Shown here: positions 43,527 to 45,051 of the stretch, piece after piece
Layout: every line of letters starts with the position of its first letter
How positions within the stretch are numbered: position 1 is the first letter of the stretch
Source: a virus
Reading direction: 5' to 3' (one strand)
Length of the DNA: 45,051 nucleotides
Virus record (IMG/VR): IMGVR_UViG_3300047498_000060
Span: 1-45,051 of that record
Made by a program: the position numbers and the translations under genes
The notes under the pieces: generated by a model
Database searches by the model: none
Seen by the model: only the letters and a program-made list of their open reading frames with translations
Told to the model about the DNA's origin: nothing

Positions 43527-43757
43527 CTACTTCTCCTTCAGGGCTTCGATCATCAGGTCAGACAGCTGCCAGGGTACGCGTCGCGTGGACAGGATCTTAC
43601 CCTGGAAGGCGTGGAAGTACCGGTACGCGCCGCAGCGTCGGCAGAACTGCCATCGCTTCGTGTTGTGATCCGTCACGTGCTCCTGCGTCTCCCCAAGAAC
43701 CACGTCCCTCGTGGGGTGCTTGCACAACCGAATGCGCCGCGCGAGAGCAGGGGTCAT
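43527..43757 (-). CDS. Hypothetical protein (CKH...CRRCG)
   Basis: Start MTPALA (ATGA overlap). Confidence 0.6.
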   Translation of the reverse strand: MTPALARRIRLCKHPTRDVVLGETQEHVTDHNTKRWQFCRRCGAYRYFHAFQGKILSTRRVPWQLSDLMIEALKEK

Positions 43758-43930
43758 CGGGGCCACAGCGCAGTGATGAGCACTGCTGCGACGATGGTGA
43801 TGAGGAGCAGGGACACCTGCCGCTGCTCTTGAGCCCATGCGACATCTTCCACATGACGCTGTTCGTCGGTGAGCTTCGCACGACGTGCGCGTTCTTCTCT
43901 ACGCCTTCGGTGTCGACCTGGGCTCAGCAC
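43754..43930 (-). CDS. 58-aa protein with C-terminal transmembrane helix
   Basis: Manual translation MLSPGRHRRRREE...VSLLLITIVAAVLITALWPR*. Confidence 0.55.
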   Translation of the reverse strand: MLSPGRHRRRREERARRAKLTDEQRHVEDVAWAQEQRQVSLLLITIVAAVLITALWPR

Positions 43931-43931
43931 G

Positions 43932-44522
43932 TTACGTGCTCACCTTGAACTCGTTGGCGTCCCAAACGATACGGTAGCCCAAGAACGTAGAAAGCTCTCC
44001 GCGTGCTCCAAACTTCTGGATGTTGGACGATCCCCGCTCACCGAGGTCTTCCTCTCCGCCTACGCGTGCTTCGTACTCGAGAGCTTCTTCATCCTGCTTC
44101 GTGAAGTACACCGTGGTCGGTGCCTGCCCGTGTGTCTCCATGTACTGCTTCACCGCCTCTACAACGCGAAGACGTGTTCGTTTGGGCATGGGCGTGCGCA
44201 AGAACTTCACGAGCTTGTTCTCGTCGTCGAAGTCGGCGGCGATGTAGCCCCAGTCCTTGCGTGGTCCATCGGGGATGACGCCGACGAGGCCGTTGATGAG
44301 ACCGAGGGTGCCGAGGAACATCCCATCCACGACCTGCAGCGTGGGATGCTGGCGTGTGGTCTTGTTGACCGGTATACGAATCTCGATGAGGTTGCTGATG
44401 TCTGCACGCACCTCTGGGTCTTTGATGAGCTTATTGAGACGTTCGATGAGGATGTCCGCGAGCATGGCGTTGAAGGCGTGCTTGTCAGCTTCGGGGTTGG
44501 TGAAGAGAGGCATGCGTGTCAT
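43932..44522 (-). CDS. Hypothetical protein
   Basis: 196-aa ORF; LGTLGLINGLVG motif. Confidence 0.7.
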   Translation of the reverse strand: MTRMPLFTNPEADKHAFNAMLADILIERLNKLIKDPEVRADISNLIEIRIPVNKTTRQHPTLQVVDGMFLGTLGLINGLVGVIPDGPRKDWGYIAADFDDENKLVKFLRTPMPKRTRLRVVEAVKQYMETHGQAPTTVYFTKQDEEALEYEARVGGEEDLGERGSSNIQKFGARGELSTFLGYRIVWDANEFKVST

Positions 44523-44612
44523 TCGTGCACTCCGAGGTCACAGTGGTTGTGGTGCTGATCTTCTTGCCGGCCACGACCTCTTCGGTGGTGGTTGTAACAA
44601 CTCTGATGGTCT

Positions 44613-44876
44613 TCATACGTGTCCTTTCGTCCCCGGGCGGCTACGCACAGGGCGTAGAGCACGTTGTCGGGCTTGAGATCGCGATGCACGACGCGGCAAC
44701 ACTGCGAGCACGGGTGGCTCACAGGGCGGCGGAATGGGAGCAGCCGCGAGCCTCGCCCAGTCGTACGCCTTCTTCTTCGACACCGGCAGCGTGGGCGGCC
44801 AGTAGTTGTTCGAGTACACCGCGACGATCGGGCTGTTGTAGTACTGCGAGTTGTTGACTCCGCTGTAGGCGATCAT
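44613..44876 (-). CDS. Hypothetical protein
   Basis: GGAG SD; ATGA overlap with the upstream gene. Confidence 0.55.
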   Translation of the reverse strand: MIAYSGVNNSQYYNSPIVAVYSNNYWPPTLPVSKKKAYDWARLAAAPIPPPCEPPVLAVLPRRASRSQARQRALRPVRSRPGTKGHV

Positions 44877-45051
44877 GGCTCCACGGGGTACTCAGGCAGG
44901 TCGACCGTCTGGCCCGCAAGGGCGTGCGTGCTGTCCTTCAGGAACTCGATGCGCCCGTTCTTCACGAAGGAATGACAGCGAGAGGGACAGCCCTCGGGTG
45001 TGTCGGCGTCTGCGCCGTTGTACGTCACAAGCACCGAGGGCGCGAACGTAG
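44873..45051 (-). CDS. DUF6527-family protein, partial (5' end off window)
   Basis: Manual translation TFAPSVLV...RCHSFVKNGRIEFLKDSTHALAGQTVDLP. Confidence 0.8.
   Translation of the reverse strand, partial: TFAPSVLVTYNGADADTPEGCPSRCHSFVKNGRIEFLKDSTHALAGQTVDLPEYPVEP

Noticed and set aside
1-45051. Stop-codon reassignment, tRNA or rRNA genes
   Set aside because: TAG, TGA and TAA all end well-defined genes with dense tiling in code 11; no cloverleaf or rRNA-like segment was recognised by eye (tRNAscan not run)

Overview
GC-rich, densely coding fragment of a large contractile-tailed (jumbo-like) bacteriophage genome, almost entirely on the minus strand. The host is unknown; a Myxococcota or other high-GC soil host is only an inference. 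About 1-15.4 kb is a virion module: a 21-aa-repeat protein, a GH5 glycosidase with a fibre-like C-terminus, tail-fibre-like proteins and baseplate-wedge and gp25-like proteins. About 15.5-27 kb holds nucleic-acid and nucleotide enzymes (RNase HII, HAD 5'-deoxyribonucleotidase, HNH, two MazG-like NTP pyrophosphatases, DEDDh exonuclease, GIY-YIG, N6-adenine methyltransferase), a DUF1906 muramidase, a lipoprotein and a GT-A glycosyltransferase. About 27-45 kb is mostly small, translationally coupled hypothetical genes, with one isolated ~1127-aa structural gene. No rRNA, tRNA, CRISPR, integrase or transposase is recognisable. Family names come from motif recognition by eye, not database searches. 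The most interesting signals are: one ~75-aa module inserted in-frame into two unrelated virion proteins; a 38-bp direct-repeat-flanked micro-gene cassette; an 8-copy ACAAG-N4-GTGGAGG leader motif and a hairpin-plus-TTAGC terminator family; a D-x4-MA(E/D)RVE-x-VL peptide shared by three small proteins; mini-ORFs carrying isolated catalytic motifs of DNA Pol I and of Ser/Thr kinases; and several single-G frameshifts that are probably sequencing errors.
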